A stretch of DNA of 64,000 bases from Camelus ferus (lineage: Eukaryota), in contig NC_045696.1 in the NCBI RefSeq assembly GCF_009834535.1, positions 85,004,001 through 85,068,000 on the forward strand, written 5' to 3'. The translations under genes were made by a program, and so were the position numbers. The notes beneath the pieces are model-generated. The model ran no database searches. It was not told where the DNA came from and was given only the letters and a program-made list of their open reading frames with translations. Of the stretch, positions 50,491 to 63,784 are shown one piece after another (the first letter of the stretch is position 1; each line of letters begins with the position of its first letter).

Positions 50491-52444
50491 AACACTGTAA
50501 CACTACACATTACATGTAGCAAGTTTATTCTGTTCCATCCCTCCATTCTGGGCATGCAGCTTTGTTCTACTCAGATGCCTTATCTATCCTGTCATTTCTA
50601 CTATCTCTCCTCCCTTCACAGTCGCCTCTGGGGTGTTTGCTTTCATATTCTGAGTTCTGGAATGGCTTTTCAAAAACAAAACAAAACCAAAAACTGGATC
50701 TCTCCTTAACAGGAATTTCTGAAGGCTTAAATGTTTTGTTCTCCTCACTGCATTTATAACCAAAAGGGAAAGGAAGTATGTTTATAAGAAAATAATTGAG
50801 GATAAATGATACAAGCTACAATACGGAGAGGAAAATTTAATTAGAAGAATCTCTTCTCTTCTAAATATGGGAATTGCAGCAACCTTTGTCTAAGCAGTAA
50901 ACAGAGTTTAGTGTTGTAAATAGGCACAGCTCGCATCCAAAATAATCTGACATATTGCTATACTTTATTATTTTTGTAATATATGCTGTTTAGGCATGAG
51001 TACAAAGTGGTATATTTGTAATGATAAAGCTAATCCAATACTTTCTTCCTCCTCTAGTCAATGTGTTACTTCTCTAGGATCTACAAATTACACCAGTGCA
51101 ATAGGTTTTCTAATGAAATACCCCATTTAATATTCCTCTCTTAGCCATACAATAAAGAGCCACCTGTTCCTACATAATGACTCCAAGTACTTGGGGTTCC
51201 TTCCTTAGCTCTAGTGTGTGATAGAACAAGTACTAGAAACGTTTTTCAGTACCTGGGTTATCTCTGTGTTTGTGTCTAAGAAGGAGGGGAAGGTGGGGGA
51301 GAAGCGTAAGGAGAGCAGGAGGCCTGGAGGGTGAGGACAGTCCACAAGGTGGCATGAACTCAGGCCCCACTGATGTAGCAGACAGAGGCCAGGGTACAAG
51401 AAGGAAAGAAAAAGGAAGGAAATAAAAAAGCCGTGGTTTGCATCCAAAAAAGGAAGAAATCATTCAGTAAACCTGAATTAATTGCATGATCAATTCACTT
51501 CTCTAATTTTAAAATGCCTAATGACCCTTGCTTGTTAACAGACTCATGATAAATACATTTTCTAAAGGTTGGGGGTCATAATGCACAAAACATTTATTGT
51601 AAAAAAGTTCTTACTGTTGGTATATATTTGGGAATCCTTCAGAAACTATGGTTAGTGACTGTTAATGAATGAGAAATAAAATATGTAATTGATGTGTTTT
51701 CAGAATAGGATGTAGTGAGTAAAGTATCTGTAGTGGTGATGTTGCCTCCTGCATTTCTACTAAACAGATTACATAATGCATTCTAATTACCTTAATGAAT
51801 AGAGATCTTTTTTTTAAACTTAATTTATACCACAATGAATCCATCATGAATTTAAATTAGCACTGAGCAGGGTTTTAAAGAATCCAAATACTAAAATATA
51901 TGTTTCTTTCTAAAGATTGCACACACACACAATCATATAATACCTTGAAATTATCAATATTTCCTTTTTTTTTTTTTTTTTAAGTCCAAACTACTCCCTA
52001 AAACAAGAGCTAATTGCTGCTATTCTGTAGCATTCAATGAGGTCTAAAAAACTCAAGGAACATACAAGGTCTTTGGCAGTGACATCAGATCTTCAAAACC
52101 CCAGTACGAATATATTAAGAAATAATAACCCATTGTACAACCCTTCATTACACTTTTATTTGTCATAAAAAACATCAAAATTGCACATTCTCTATACAGA
52201 TGAAAAAGGAAACTACTAACCCATGAAATGCAGTTCGGAATTGAATGCAGCAGTGTGTGGATAAGCACGTGTCTCAGCTTCAACTATAGAACAGAATGCA
52301 TTAGCTCTCTCTGACGCCAGGCCTCTTTATTTTATCTCATTTGGTCAGATATTCAAAACATTCACACCAAAGGCATCAGTATTCAGTTTCTCACCGCATT
52401 TGTCATACAGAGTGTTCCTGATTCATATATTACCTTGGCCTAAA

Positions 52445-52925
52445 CCAGAATTCTCAAACTTTATTGTGCACCCATATCGTTTGGGACTCTTGTTAAAGTG
52501 CAGTTTCTTTCTTTCTTTCTTTCTTTTTTATTGAAGTACAGTCATTTACAATGTGTCTGTCTCTGATGTACAGCTCAATGTCCCAGTCATGTATATACAT
52601 ACATATATTCGTTTTCATATTTTTCCATTAAAGGTTATTACAAGATATTGAACATAGTTCCCTGTGCTATACAGAAGAAACTTTTAAAAAAATCTATTTT
52701 TATATATATTGGTCAATGTTTGTAAATCTCAAACTCCCAAGTTGACCCCCTCCCACCCCCTTTCCCCAGTAACCATAGGATTGTTTACTAAGTCTGGGGT
52801 CTGTTTCTGTTTTGTAGATGAGTTCATATAAAGCGCAGCTTCTGATTGAGGATTTCAGGGGTGGGGCTAGGGAGCCTGCATTTCCAGTGAGCTTACAAGT
52901 AGTGCTGATGCTGCTAGTTCCAACG
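52445..52925. mobile_element. MER5A-like hAT transposon split by an L1 insertion
   Basis: Left part TTCTCAAACTT..CTTGTTAAAGTGCAG and right part TTCTGATT..GGGTGGGGC..CTGCATTTC..TGCTGATGCTGCT flank an L1 3' end. Confidence 0.75.
52509..52828 (-). mobile_element. Lineage-specific L1 3' end (~320 bp)
   Basis: T-rich tail then TTATTGAAGTACAGTC...TTACAAGATATTGAACATAGTTCCCTGTGCTATACAG...GTCTGTTTCTGTTTTGTAGATGAGTTCAT. TSD TAAAGTGCAGTTTCT (52494-52508) / TAAAGCGCAGCTTCT (52829-52843). Confidence 0.9.
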
Positions 52926-53799
52926 AGAGTGAGACCTGGCTGAGAGCTTCCATGGGTCAGGGAACTGTGGGGGCCAGTTAAGAGTTTCCCAGGGCTTCCC
53001 ACGAAATATAATAGTCAATAGTGTGGAATTTTCAGGTGTAAAATCTCTAAGTATAAAAACTCTGAGATTATATTTAAAATAAGATTTCCATCTTTTTTCT
53101 AGTCATGAAAACACATTGCTTACAGTGGACACGTAAAGCATGTATGCTAACACGCACGAGGGCGTATGTGCAGATATAAACAAACAAACAAACAAAAAAC
53201 AAAAATCAACCAGTTATTTAACATTACATTCAAAACCATCACTTACAATGTTTGGTTAAGGCTTCTGTTCTGTCACTTATAATTACAGTGCAAAACCATG
53301 GGAATACTTAAGACAGGAAAATTTTAAAACCTGCTGATTGTAGCTTACTGCTACTCTTTTTCTTTTTACTAATTGTAGATTCAATATATGAAAGTCAAAG
53401 CCACAATCATTTGAAAAGAGGAAATCATTGTGCTTCTGTATATGATGAAAAAGGAAGGCTGAAATGGATTCAGAAAAAAGTGCCTACTTTCTATCCATGT
53501 TTTCCTGTCTTCCTTCTAATGCTGAGTTGTAGTACTTTGAATAAAGGGTTTTAAATCTTGTAACAACCTATCTGGAAAAGAAGATCAAAGTGTATTCAAG
53601 TGACTAACGATTTTAGCATCTTCTTGTGAATGGAGTGATGCTAGAAGTCATTATAGCTGTAGCCAAGAAAGACATTCAGTTATTTTGTTGGCCTATTTTC
53701 TGGAAATACTTTTCATGCCACCTGGAAGAGGCAATCAGTGTTTAGGTCAAAAGATCAACTGAATAGTGGTCAGTGACTCTTCCTTCCATTTCTAGCCTC

Positions 53800-54150
53800 G
53801 AGGATAATCTAGGAGAGGGAATGTATCAAGACATTCCATGCACATACCAAACTCAAATCTAAAATTAAATGAATTAATTTTCACTCTCTCCCATGATTCA
53901 ACCCCTAGTTTCCATCTCTGACTTTGGTCTACATTAATGTTATTTTTTTATTTATACATTAGCCAGTGCTAGAAATCTGGCAATTTATCCTCTTTCTTAC
54001 TTTAAATATCCAAGCAATCTTCATACTTGACTCCTTTAACATGTCTGGAATCAGTTTCTCCTCTCCAGGTGTCCTGTCAGCCCTGCACTGGGACACTCAT
54101 CATCGTTCCTGTGTATCATGGCAGCCTTTTTCTATGTGGCTCACCCTGTG
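53800..54150 (+). mobile_element. LINE-2 fragment
   Basis: CTCAAATCTAAAATTAAATGAATTAATT...GCTAGAAATCTGGCAATTTATCC..AATATCCAA: sense L2 body. Confidence 0.55.
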
Positions 54151-57100
54151 TTCAAGGTAAGTACAGTCTTCTACTTACTTCAGTCACTATCTTAGCATAT
54201 TTCTTCAGAAGTATTTGCTGATAGAGGAGAACAGAAAATTGATAAATTTGAGGATTGTCCCATTTCTTTCTGCCCTCTGTTAATAGTACGAACAAGCACT
54301 GAGGTTGTCAAAACACACAGAAGGTAATAGGACAAAAATCATACAGCCTAGGGATTCCCCAAACTCGACAGAATCCTAGTAATAATAATAATAATAATAG
54401 TTCTATTTCTCTTTCCACTCATGTTAAAATGTTACTAATATTTTATATGTAATTCAATACTACAGAATCAAGATCTTCCAGTTACTACGGGTGTCTAGAA
54501 TTCAGAGACAGTTATATTATGATGGAATTTTTAAAGTCTTTTAATAAATGAGACCTTTATGAAATGAAAAATATGGTTCATTACACTCACATGATATTCT
54601 CAGTTATCATTATTCCCTAAAACATGTTTACTGAATGTGTTTAAAATTCTGTCTCTAATCTTTGCAACATATAACCTAGTGAAAGCCAATACTATAAATT
54701 TTAAAATGCTATGGCTCAACACAAAAAGTTGAATTTTTCTCTGTTCTGTAGTCTAAAGTCAAAGGTCATTCCAGGGTCACCCTGGAGGTATGAACACTAT
54801 AGTTCATTTTTCAGAAAACTGTCCTTTGGGAATAACTGTTGGGTTACAAGTCCCTTGACAGTAAACACATTTGGCTAAGAAATACCATCTCACATCTTCC
54901 TGAAGAATTGGTGTCATCTGGTGTAACCAGATACAGACCATCTGGGGTTGTTCTGAAGCTCCAAACTGATGTTGTGTCTCTTTAATTTTTCATGACGTTT
55001 ATGACTAGGAGGCTATAGGCTGTTTATAAAATGATGGCATGCTAAATAACTTACATTCACATTCCTCTAGTCCACCCAATGTTTTAAAACTGGGACATTT
55101 GTAGAAATATGTTGGCTTACTGAAATGAACAGGTTTTGGAAAATTCATCATTAATAACAAGCTTATCTCATGTAAATGAGATAAACTCTCCTGGGTTAGG
55201 CTGGTATACTGTTTCAAGGAACAAACAAAACTAATGTCTGTAACCTTCCCAGCAGAATTTCTTTAGAGAAGAGAGACCTGTGTGATTTATTAAATAGTGA
55301 CCATATCAACCCCCTACACTGAAAGCAAGGCTTAAAATCTCATCCTTTTACTCAAGCAGACTATGAGTCAGGGTTCACCTCTAGAAACCTAGGTGGTGAA
55401 TTCTGAGTTTTCTCCCCAAACTCTCTTCTATACAAGACCAATGTCAAGGTCTGTTATGTCCCACATCATCTCCTCAGGAAACCTGAGCTACAAGAGCACG
55501 TACAATAGACCTGATATTTTACCTCTATTTTCATCATCAACTGAATGCCAGTTTTCAACTTTTAAAAACCAAGAAAATATTTTTTCTAATTGGCCTCCTA
55601 CAACTTCAAACACATGATAGGAAGACTCAACAGGAACAGTAAAGAAGAGCAGCAATAATAAGTAACAAAGGAAAGTGCACATGGAATTAGGACGCACGGT
55701 AGAAGCCCTCTCTATTCAATTCATGATATAAAAGTAATCGCAGGGACGCTTTGATTTGGTGCTGTAAAGTCATATTACTCTATGTGCATGCTTTTATAAT
55801 CTGCTGGGTGGTTTGAATAGCCAAGCCAAGGATAACTATATACAAATGAATCAGAGGTCAGCTGAAGATAAACTTGGAAAATACAATTAAATCAAACACA
55901 TTTAGCAAGTGTGCATAAAACAATACATATAATTTATTTGTCAGAAGGTTTTGGAGTATCAAATTATACATGAAGTGAAAAATCTTCTATGTATTAGTGA
56001 AATTAAGAGCATCAAAATCTCCTAAACATGTGCTAATGCTAAAATTCGATTCGGAGCTAGAGCTATGCACAGGGGTAAAATAAAAATCAGTCACCGAAAA
56101 AAGTAAAATACAATCAAGTTTTCCCAGGAGGCAAAAAAAGAAATAGCTTCACCTGGGGAGAGGCCTGACTGCACTAAAGAAATGTTACATAACACAGTAA
56201 CCGCAGAAGAACTAGCATAGATGATTTATGGAGCCTGAGGGAGATACAGAGTACACTGAAACATAAATATACGAGCAGATAGGAAATAGTCCTGAATATG
56301 AAAATAGATGAGGGTAAATGGGAGAAAGCCTTTCCTTATGTACTACTGGTTACAGTTTAATGAAAATCCAATATAAGAGCTTCTTCAGATGCAACAGTAG
56401 TATTTAAAAGCACAACTTAAGAAGATGCATAGAAAATAACTATTCATGTTAGGAAGAGAAGGATTCCCAGGAAGGCTCTGCTAGTGCATAGCTTCAGTTT
56501 TTATTTTATGGTCATTAGTATATAAATATCTGTAAATTAGAAAAAGAGAGAGATAAGCCAATAGCAGGATGTCATGTTTAATTTAGAGCTTTGACATTAC
56601 ACAGTCTTACTCTAACTGTAGGCTGTTTTCCAGGGAATAGTTTTAGTTCCGCACATATAAATGCTTCTGTATTTCATATAATATGTGACAATTTTCAAAA
56701 ATAAAAAAGCATTGCTGCTACCACTAAACGGCTTAAGATAAAATGGTTTAACTTATCTTTTTAAGTAGGTAAATAAATAACACTCAAACATACTTCAAAT
56801 GATAAAAAGTATTGGATTTGGGGAATATAAAAGGACCTCCGGAAGAATCTGACTTGTGGATTAATATAAAATATGATGCCTTGGTTAGTTGATGAATGTG
56901 CTTATATAACGTGAAGGACTACAAATTACTGTAAAGAGCTAGGAGTTTCCAGTGTTCTAAATTATTCCAATGACTCCAATATAAGGTTTTTAAAATTCTT
57001 ATCCTGATTCTTTAGGGCAATTTAAAGTGACAAAGGGACCCTTAGAAACTATTATCCTCCAACTCTTTAAAGCCCATTTGTTTCTTCTAATGCTGCTTTT

Positions 57101-57578
57101 TAGACAGACTATTATAACAGAAAGGATGTCAATATTGAGTTAAGTTGAACTCAACCATGATATCCCATGGTTCTAGAAGCAAAACTGCTTGGCACCAATC
57201 AAGTAAAATTGCTCAGATAGACCTGAAGAAGGGACTGACCATTGACATCATATTAGTGGTGATATACAGATTTCTTCCTTAAAGATGTATAACATATAAA
57301 CATTGCTAAAAACTGTTCTTTATTTTTAATATATTTTTGTTCTATGGTTTTTTGGGAAGAGACAGTTCTGGATGTCAAAGAGGCCCATTCCTACCCCATC
57401 TTCCACACGTAAGAAAACCATAAGCGGGTCCAAGTCAGTTCAGTAGAAGAACAGACTGATTCTAGCTTCTAATTCCAGAGGCTCTTCTTTCTCAAAAGGT
57501 TCCCTCCTCCCCTACCAGGGAGTCATTAAAAGAATTTAGAACATTTTGGAAATTCCTAGCCCTTGTGCATTAGTGATG

Positions 57579-57944
57579 TGTCTTAGCCCACTGGGCTGTT
57601 ATAACAAAAATACCATAGACTGAGTGGCTTAAACAACAAATATATCTTTCTTACTTACAGGTTTGGAGGCTGGGAAGTCCAAAACCAAGACACCAGCAGA
57701 TTTGGTATCCGGTGAGAATTTGTTTCCCGGGTCATAGACAACCACCTTCTTGCTGTGTCCTCAGATGGTGGAAAAAAGGAAAAGAGCTTTCTAGGTCTCT
57801 GCTGTGAGAGCACTAATCCGGTTCAAAAGGACTCCATCCGGATAACCTGATCACCTCCCAAAGGCCCCCACCTCCTAATACCTTCACACTGGGAGGCAGT
57901 ACTTCAACACGTGACTTTTGGAGGAACACATGAAGTCCAAAACA
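57579..57944 (-). mobile_element. MLT1A-like MaLR LTR
   Basis: TGTCTTAG..GGGCTGTTATAACAAAAATACCATAGACTGAGTGGCTTAAACAAC..GGAGGCTGGGAAGTCCAA...ATCACCTCCCAAAGGCCCCCACCTCCTAATACC. Confidence 0.9.
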
Positions 57945-58208
57945 TATTGTATATCTGTAACTACTACGTAAGACAGGTAATGGCCATAAAGGATATACTC
58001 TAGTTGCATCAATGTTACTGATTTTGAAAATAGAGTCTATCCAACCCACATACACCATACCATAGTGGAAAATACTCTTTCTGGGGATACTGGCAGGTCA
58101 GAGGGAATCTGGTGACTGGATCCTGCCAGTTTCCAAGTGAATGGAATAGCTGTAAGATGTCCCAGCTCAGCATCTTCCAGAGGGGCTACTGAGACATCTG
58201 TTTTAGAC

Positions 58209-58222
58209 CCTGTAGAGGGCAG
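58209..58222 (+). promoter_or_regulatory. Candidate CTCF core motif
   Basis: CCTGTAGAGGGCAG matches CCASYAGRKGGCRS at 13/14 positions. Motif only; binding unknown. Confidence 0.45.
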
Positions 58223-59086
58223 CACAGATATGATGGCCAGTAGCCCCAGAGGAAGTATGGCAGCCACAAGGTGTGCTAGACAAGGACCATCAAAGCCTCA
58301 GACAGGTTTGCTCCAGACCCTAAGAGTGATGAGGGAGAAGCAGAGTAGTCTGTCAGTAACCAAAACCTGCAAGCAAGAGGCAATTTGAAAGAGCATAAGA
58401 AACTTAAAGCAATGTCCTTAAAACATGCAAAACACTGAAAGCAAGGTGAGTTTGCCACCAAAGGAAATCCTGCGGAGTGAGACTGGTAGCAAAGGAAAGG
58501 AAGCAGGCAAATTGGAGCTCAGAAAATTCCTGCGTGAAGGCATGGGCTCTACAGCTGATGGTTGGGGAAATGATAAGATCAGAAGGACCAAAAGAGCTCA
58601 CAGATGTGAAGACTCAAAGCACAGGCACACAGATGGTCTGATGCAAAAACCCAGAATGCATTTGGCTTCTCCTGTGGAGCAAAAATTAAATAAGCCAATT
58701 TCTGAGCTTCAGAGAATTAACAGAATAAATGAGGCAGAGACAAGAACCAGGTCAGGGAACAGATCTCTGCTCTTCCTTCCAGGGGAGGGAGGGTGCTCAG
58801 AACATTTCTGAACTAGCTAGATATTGGAGCTGACATGACTCTCAAGTTTATTTTTGTGTCTGAATTGTCCTTGCTCTTCTTTTGTTCAGCTGTAACGCTA
58901 TACAAATATTCTAGGTGCAAGACTGTACAGACGCGTTGCTTAGCTATAGGCATTATAGGCTCTGTTTTGGGGCTGCCATGAAAGTTGGGAAATTCATAAC
59001 ACCAAGTTATCTGGACTCATAAAGCCTGCTAGTATTGAACAGGTCTAACAATGTCTCATTCCAGAAGAAGAAAATGTAATAGACCT

Positions 59087-59540
59087 TATAATGGGTTGCA
59101 TTGTGTTTCCCCCCAAATCATGTGTTGAAGTTTTAACTCCCAGTACCTCAGAATGGGATTTTATTTGGAGATGGAGTCTTTCAGAACTATTCAAGTTAAA
59201 ATGAGATCATTGGTTGTATGTGTGTGTTGCAGGGTGGGGGGTGTAAATCCAATATGACTGGTGTCGTTTTAAAAGGGGGACATTTGGACACAGACACACA
59301 GGGAGAAACCACGTGAAAATAAATGCGTAACACTTCTATAGGCCAGGGAACATCCAAGATTGCCGCCAACTCACCAGAAGATAGAAGAGAGGCATGGAAC
59401 GTATTCTTCCTCACAATCTTCAAAAGAAAGCAACCCCGTCAATACCTGGATCTTGAACTTCTGGAACTTGACCTTCTAAAACTGTGAGAAAATACATTTC
59501 TATTGTTTAAGCCAACCAGTTTGTGGTATTTGGTTACAGC
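59087..59540 (+). mobile_element. MLT1C-like MaLR LTR
   Basis: AATGGGTTGCATTGTGT..ATGTGTTGAAG..CCCAGTACCTCAGAATG..TATTTGGAGAT...AACTGTGAGAAAATACATTTCTATTGTTTAAGCCA...AAACTAATATA. Confidence 0.9.
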
Positions 59541-60049
59541 AGCTCGAGTAAACTAATATAGGTCTTCATACGCAAAGTTCAGTAGAGGAGAGGCTCCATG
59601 CCATGCTGTCTCCAGCTTTTGGAGCTGTCTGGCCACCAAGAGTCCTACTGAGGACCATAAAGATTGTGATAAGAACGTGGCCACCACTGCTTCTTTACAA
59701 CTTGATGTCAGAACGGTGCTGCTATAACGACGGCACTTGATCGTAGCCTTAGACTTTGCTAATGCTTTATTTCTTGCATGACTCTGTGAAGAAAAGCAAA
59801 ATCAGTTTGCCTTCATCTAACAAGCCTTGTTATATAACTTTACTCTCCTGAACTCATCGGTGACAGGTCATCAAAACCCAAGCACGATGTGATGCGTAAG
59901 TGGACGTTCAGGCAGTTGTTACAGTAATGTCTACACATGGGAAGATACTGATGCTTTTTTTCTAATACAAGCATAAAAAGAAATAAATGTAGGTTCTTCT
60001 TTAACTGCTCTCACAAAATTCAGTTTTACTTTCATAAACACAATTATGA

Positions 60050-60970
60050 GTATCTGTTCATTTCCTTTGTGTTTTCCTCTTTAATCCATGAGTTAATGAG
60101 AGGTCTACTGTTCGGTTTAAATCCTGTGGGGATTTTCTAGATAGCGCATCATTACTGTTTACTAATTTCATCCTTTGTGGTTAGAGAGCATATTCTGTAT
60201 GACTTCAAACATTTGACGTTTGTTGAAGGAAGACTATAAATGTGAATTAGGTTAAGTGGATTAATGGTGTTCAAATTCCTTTCCTTACTGATTTTTTGAA
60301 AGAGAATGTTTTAAATTTCCATCTAAAAATAGTCTGAAATCTCTTTTCCTTCTTGGTTCTGTCAATTTTTGCTTTTTTAATTCTGTTGTTCAGTCCATAT
60401 AAATTTTGGATTGTTATGCTTTTTTGATGAATTTTTGATGAATTGTTCTTTTTATGAGAATGGTATGTTCCCCTTTATCATTTGTTATAGTCTTTGTCTC
60501 ATACCTTATTTTTCTGATATCAATACTGCCATTCCAGCTTTTTTATAATTTGTGTTGTGCATTTTATCTTTTCCATCTTCTCATTTTCAATCAACTTATG
60601 ATCTTATTTTTGAAATTCATCTTTTGCAGTTAGCTTGCAATTTCATTTATCTCAAAACGTCCTTTTTTAATCTTCATTTTGAAGTATATATGCACTGACT
60701 AGATAATCCTTCATAGAGAGTTTTTGTTCTTTTTTCCTTCAGCACTTTGAGGTGCTGGCCATTTTCTTTTGTCCACTGTTTCTAAGTCAGCTGTTAGTTT
60801 TTGCCTTGATCTTCTGCATGGGATATGAATTTTTATCTTGGGTTGTTTTTGAGATTTCTTTTAATCTATAGTTTTTAGCAGTTTGCGAAAAGTGTGATTT
60901 GGTATGATTTTCTTTTTTAATTAATCTATTTTGTGTTTTCTGGGGTTCCTAGATCTTTGGATTGCTTCTG
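60050..60970 (-). mobile_element. Degenerate old L1/HAL1-like fragment
   Basis: T-rich antisense L1 text (TTTGTGGTTAGAGAGCATATTCTGTATGA..., TCTGATATCAATACTGCCATTCCAGCTT, CTTCAGCACTTTGA). Confidence 0.6.
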
Positions 60971-61197
60971 GGCAATTACTGCCAGCCTGTTACTGAGCAC
61001 TAATTGAGAGAAATCATTTCTCTGAAAGAAAAGTCATGACTTAAACATTCTCATTCTGCAACAGGTCCTTTCTGAATTAAATTTCCATAAAGTGGAACAA
61101 GTTTCAGATAGTTCCATTGTGAAATGAAAGCTATAACTCCAATTAACCAGAGACTGTAAAGAGAGAGCTGCTTCCAATTATATACCAGGAAGTCTTT

Positions 61198-61206
61198 GAA
61201 GAAGAA

Positions 61207-61254
<48 letters not shown>
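61198..61254. repeat. Compound microsatellite (GAA)4(TAA)15
   Basis: Directly visible; produces the poly-Leu ORF on the minus strand. Confidence 0.95.
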
Positions 61255-61256
<2 letters not shown>

Positions 61257-61442
61257 GACTCAAGGGAGCACTACTTAAAATACTTGGCACCTAAACTGAT
61301 AGTATGGTTAACTGATAAAACAGCCCACCTCTTAAGTTGTGATAAAACTAATAGAATATTTAACCAGTCATCCTAATGATGCTAAATTATTGATGCCCCA
61401 ATCTATTAAATGTGTTTTCTTCTAGACTATTTCTAAGGATAG

Positions 61443-61655
61443 GGTAGGATTACCCAGTGTTAGCACTATTGACATTTTGGATCAGATAATTTCTTAAGGG
61501 GGCTATCATGGATTGTAGTATGTTCAATAGCATCCCTGGCTTACTTATCAGGTACCAATAACATCTTCTACCACCACCAAGTGTGACAATCAAAAATGTC
61601 TCCAGATGTTGCATGTGTCTCTTGCAGGAAAAATCACACTAGTTGAGAACCACTG
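61443..61655. mobile_element. MER20 hAT-Charlie DNA transposon
   Basis: GCACTATTGACATTTTGGATCAGATAATT...TAGCATCCCTGGC...GTGTGACAATCAAAAATGTCTCCAGA...GTTGAGAACCACTG. Confidence 0.9.
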
Positions 61656-63784
61656 CTATAGACTATATCTCCCTTAAAGTGACTGAAATACATCTTTATT
61701 CATTTTCTTTTGTGGGGGAGAATGATTAGGTGTTACTAATGGCCTATTTGGGTGGACTATCATACTACTCAGAACTAACTAGCTAAAGTATTCGGTTGCC
61801 ATCCTCTGGAAACATATGCAACAGCTTATTCATGAATCTGATTTTCATATTATACTTGTAAATGCCTATATGAAGTGACACATCTGGAGAAAACTATCTG
61901 GACTTACGAAGCCAATTAAACATGTTAACTGTCATTTTTTTCTGTAAGTCACTAAATCCATGCTGTAACCCATCATAATAATGGAACCACCTTAAAGAAT
62001 TAGAATGACCAATATGAAAATTTCCTGACATGTAACTGCCAGTCTCTCAGTCTTCTCAGTGATAACCACTATAGGAACAACAGTTCCAATTCTAGTCAGC
62101 TATTTAAAGTTACATGTGAACCTACATGCTAGCTGATTTTCTCTGCATCCAAGAGTCAAGAAAACAAAGAGATTGTGAGAGGAAGGAGAAAGTACCAAAG
62201 TGATCCTCATACTTTAGAGTACCTTGTTTGACCTCAGCAGATAGAGAGGTAATATTGTGCAGATGGTGGGCCAGGATAAACATGAACAAGGACACAGACT
62301 TCCCTTCAGGTGATTCCACACTGCAATATTCTGTCTCCAGATGTTATTCATGGTGACAAAAATGTAATTACTGAGTGTCTATGGAACACGTCACTTCAAA
62401 AACAAAAATAGGAACAGTCTGTGTCATTTATGAGAGGGCATGGCATCCAATCCTGGGAAGTGGTAGGAGGCTAGAGGGAGATGGTAAATATCTCTTCTTT
62501 CCTTACAGATGTGGACAAAAAGCTCCTATTAACCTTCTGTGATTTTCCCAAGCAGTAGCTCATAAACTCTCTTCCTTACAATGTCGGATATGTCACTTCC
62601 TATCTGGTCCAGCTGTTTGCGATCTTATTGATTCTTGCATCCCAGAAAATACCTCAACTATCTCTATGACCTGAAGTAAAACAGAGATGAAGGGGGACAA
62701 GATGAAACATTTCCATAAGCATTGAGGGCTAGACTAAGGCTCTGTATTGCCATGGAGGCTAATTCCCTCCTCTCTTTTGGTACGTTAGTAAAAAGCTGAC
62801 TCAGCAGGTCTGACTTGGCACAATGCAAGGACAAACTGATCCCAGTAACTGCTGTTGGACATTTCTCCTTTTCATCCAGCTACCTTCTTAACCAGAGCAC
62901 TTCTATTTTTTCATGTTTGTATAACTGGTTCCTACTAGTTGACCCGATAAGCATGAATGTAACTATTCTAGGAATTATAGGAATGGGTGCTCCTCTACTG
63001 AGAAGTTGGCCATGATAAACATAGTCCATCTATACTCAGCCTAAACTGTAGTTCATAGTTAAACATTTGAGATTGTGATGTTCATCTACTTAAACTTCAT
63101 GTGAGTTTTCCCCCAGTAAAGCCTATTTTATATCCACAGTATGTGTCATCAGTGGTGTTTGTTTCTAACTTTCATCTCATAGTTTTATCCTAGAATATTT
63201 TATAATGCTCATAGTTATTATTAATTTATACACTAAAAAAATTCAATATGCTAACATTATTTTAAGTAGTTAATATATTGGAATGCTCCAAAATATCAAT
63301 GCAATCAAACTTTAAAATTTGTTGTATAACTACGTGTATTCAAATAAACATATATTTAATGACATTTCGATTGAATCTCGAAATGCTCATGGACATTAAT
63401 ACTGGCATTATCATTAAATGCTTTTGGCTGTGGAGAAAAAGTCAGGCTGATCTAATAACATAGTCTTGATAATTAAGATTCTTAACAATAAAAAAAATTG
63501 GAAAATGAAGTGTCACCCAATCCTGACTTAAAATTCAAATTCAGATTTTTTTCTCATATCATTTTTATCATATAATAAAGCTGTTATTCCCCAAATTGTT
63601 TCTGATACTAATGCAGTTTTAGTATATTTTGTGTTCAAACAGGTTTAATGTAATGAGGTTTAATGAATGTAATGAGGCTTAATGGAATTTCCATGCATAT
63701 GTACTCTTACAGTAAAAGCTACACAGCATAATTAAAATCCAGTGGAACATTATATGGTAAGAAGCTTTAAAAAATAGAATATGT

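Noticed and set aside
58425..58811. 128-aa ORF
   Set aside because: Purine-rich, stop-poor composition; no recognisable domain or splice context.
61051..61290. Poly-Leu signal-peptide-like ORF
   Set aside because: Artefact of the (TAA)n microsatellite.
63647..63684. 19-bp tandem duplication AATGTAATGAGG(T/C)TTAATG
   Set aside because: Two copies only, no spacers; ordinary slippage duplication, not an array.
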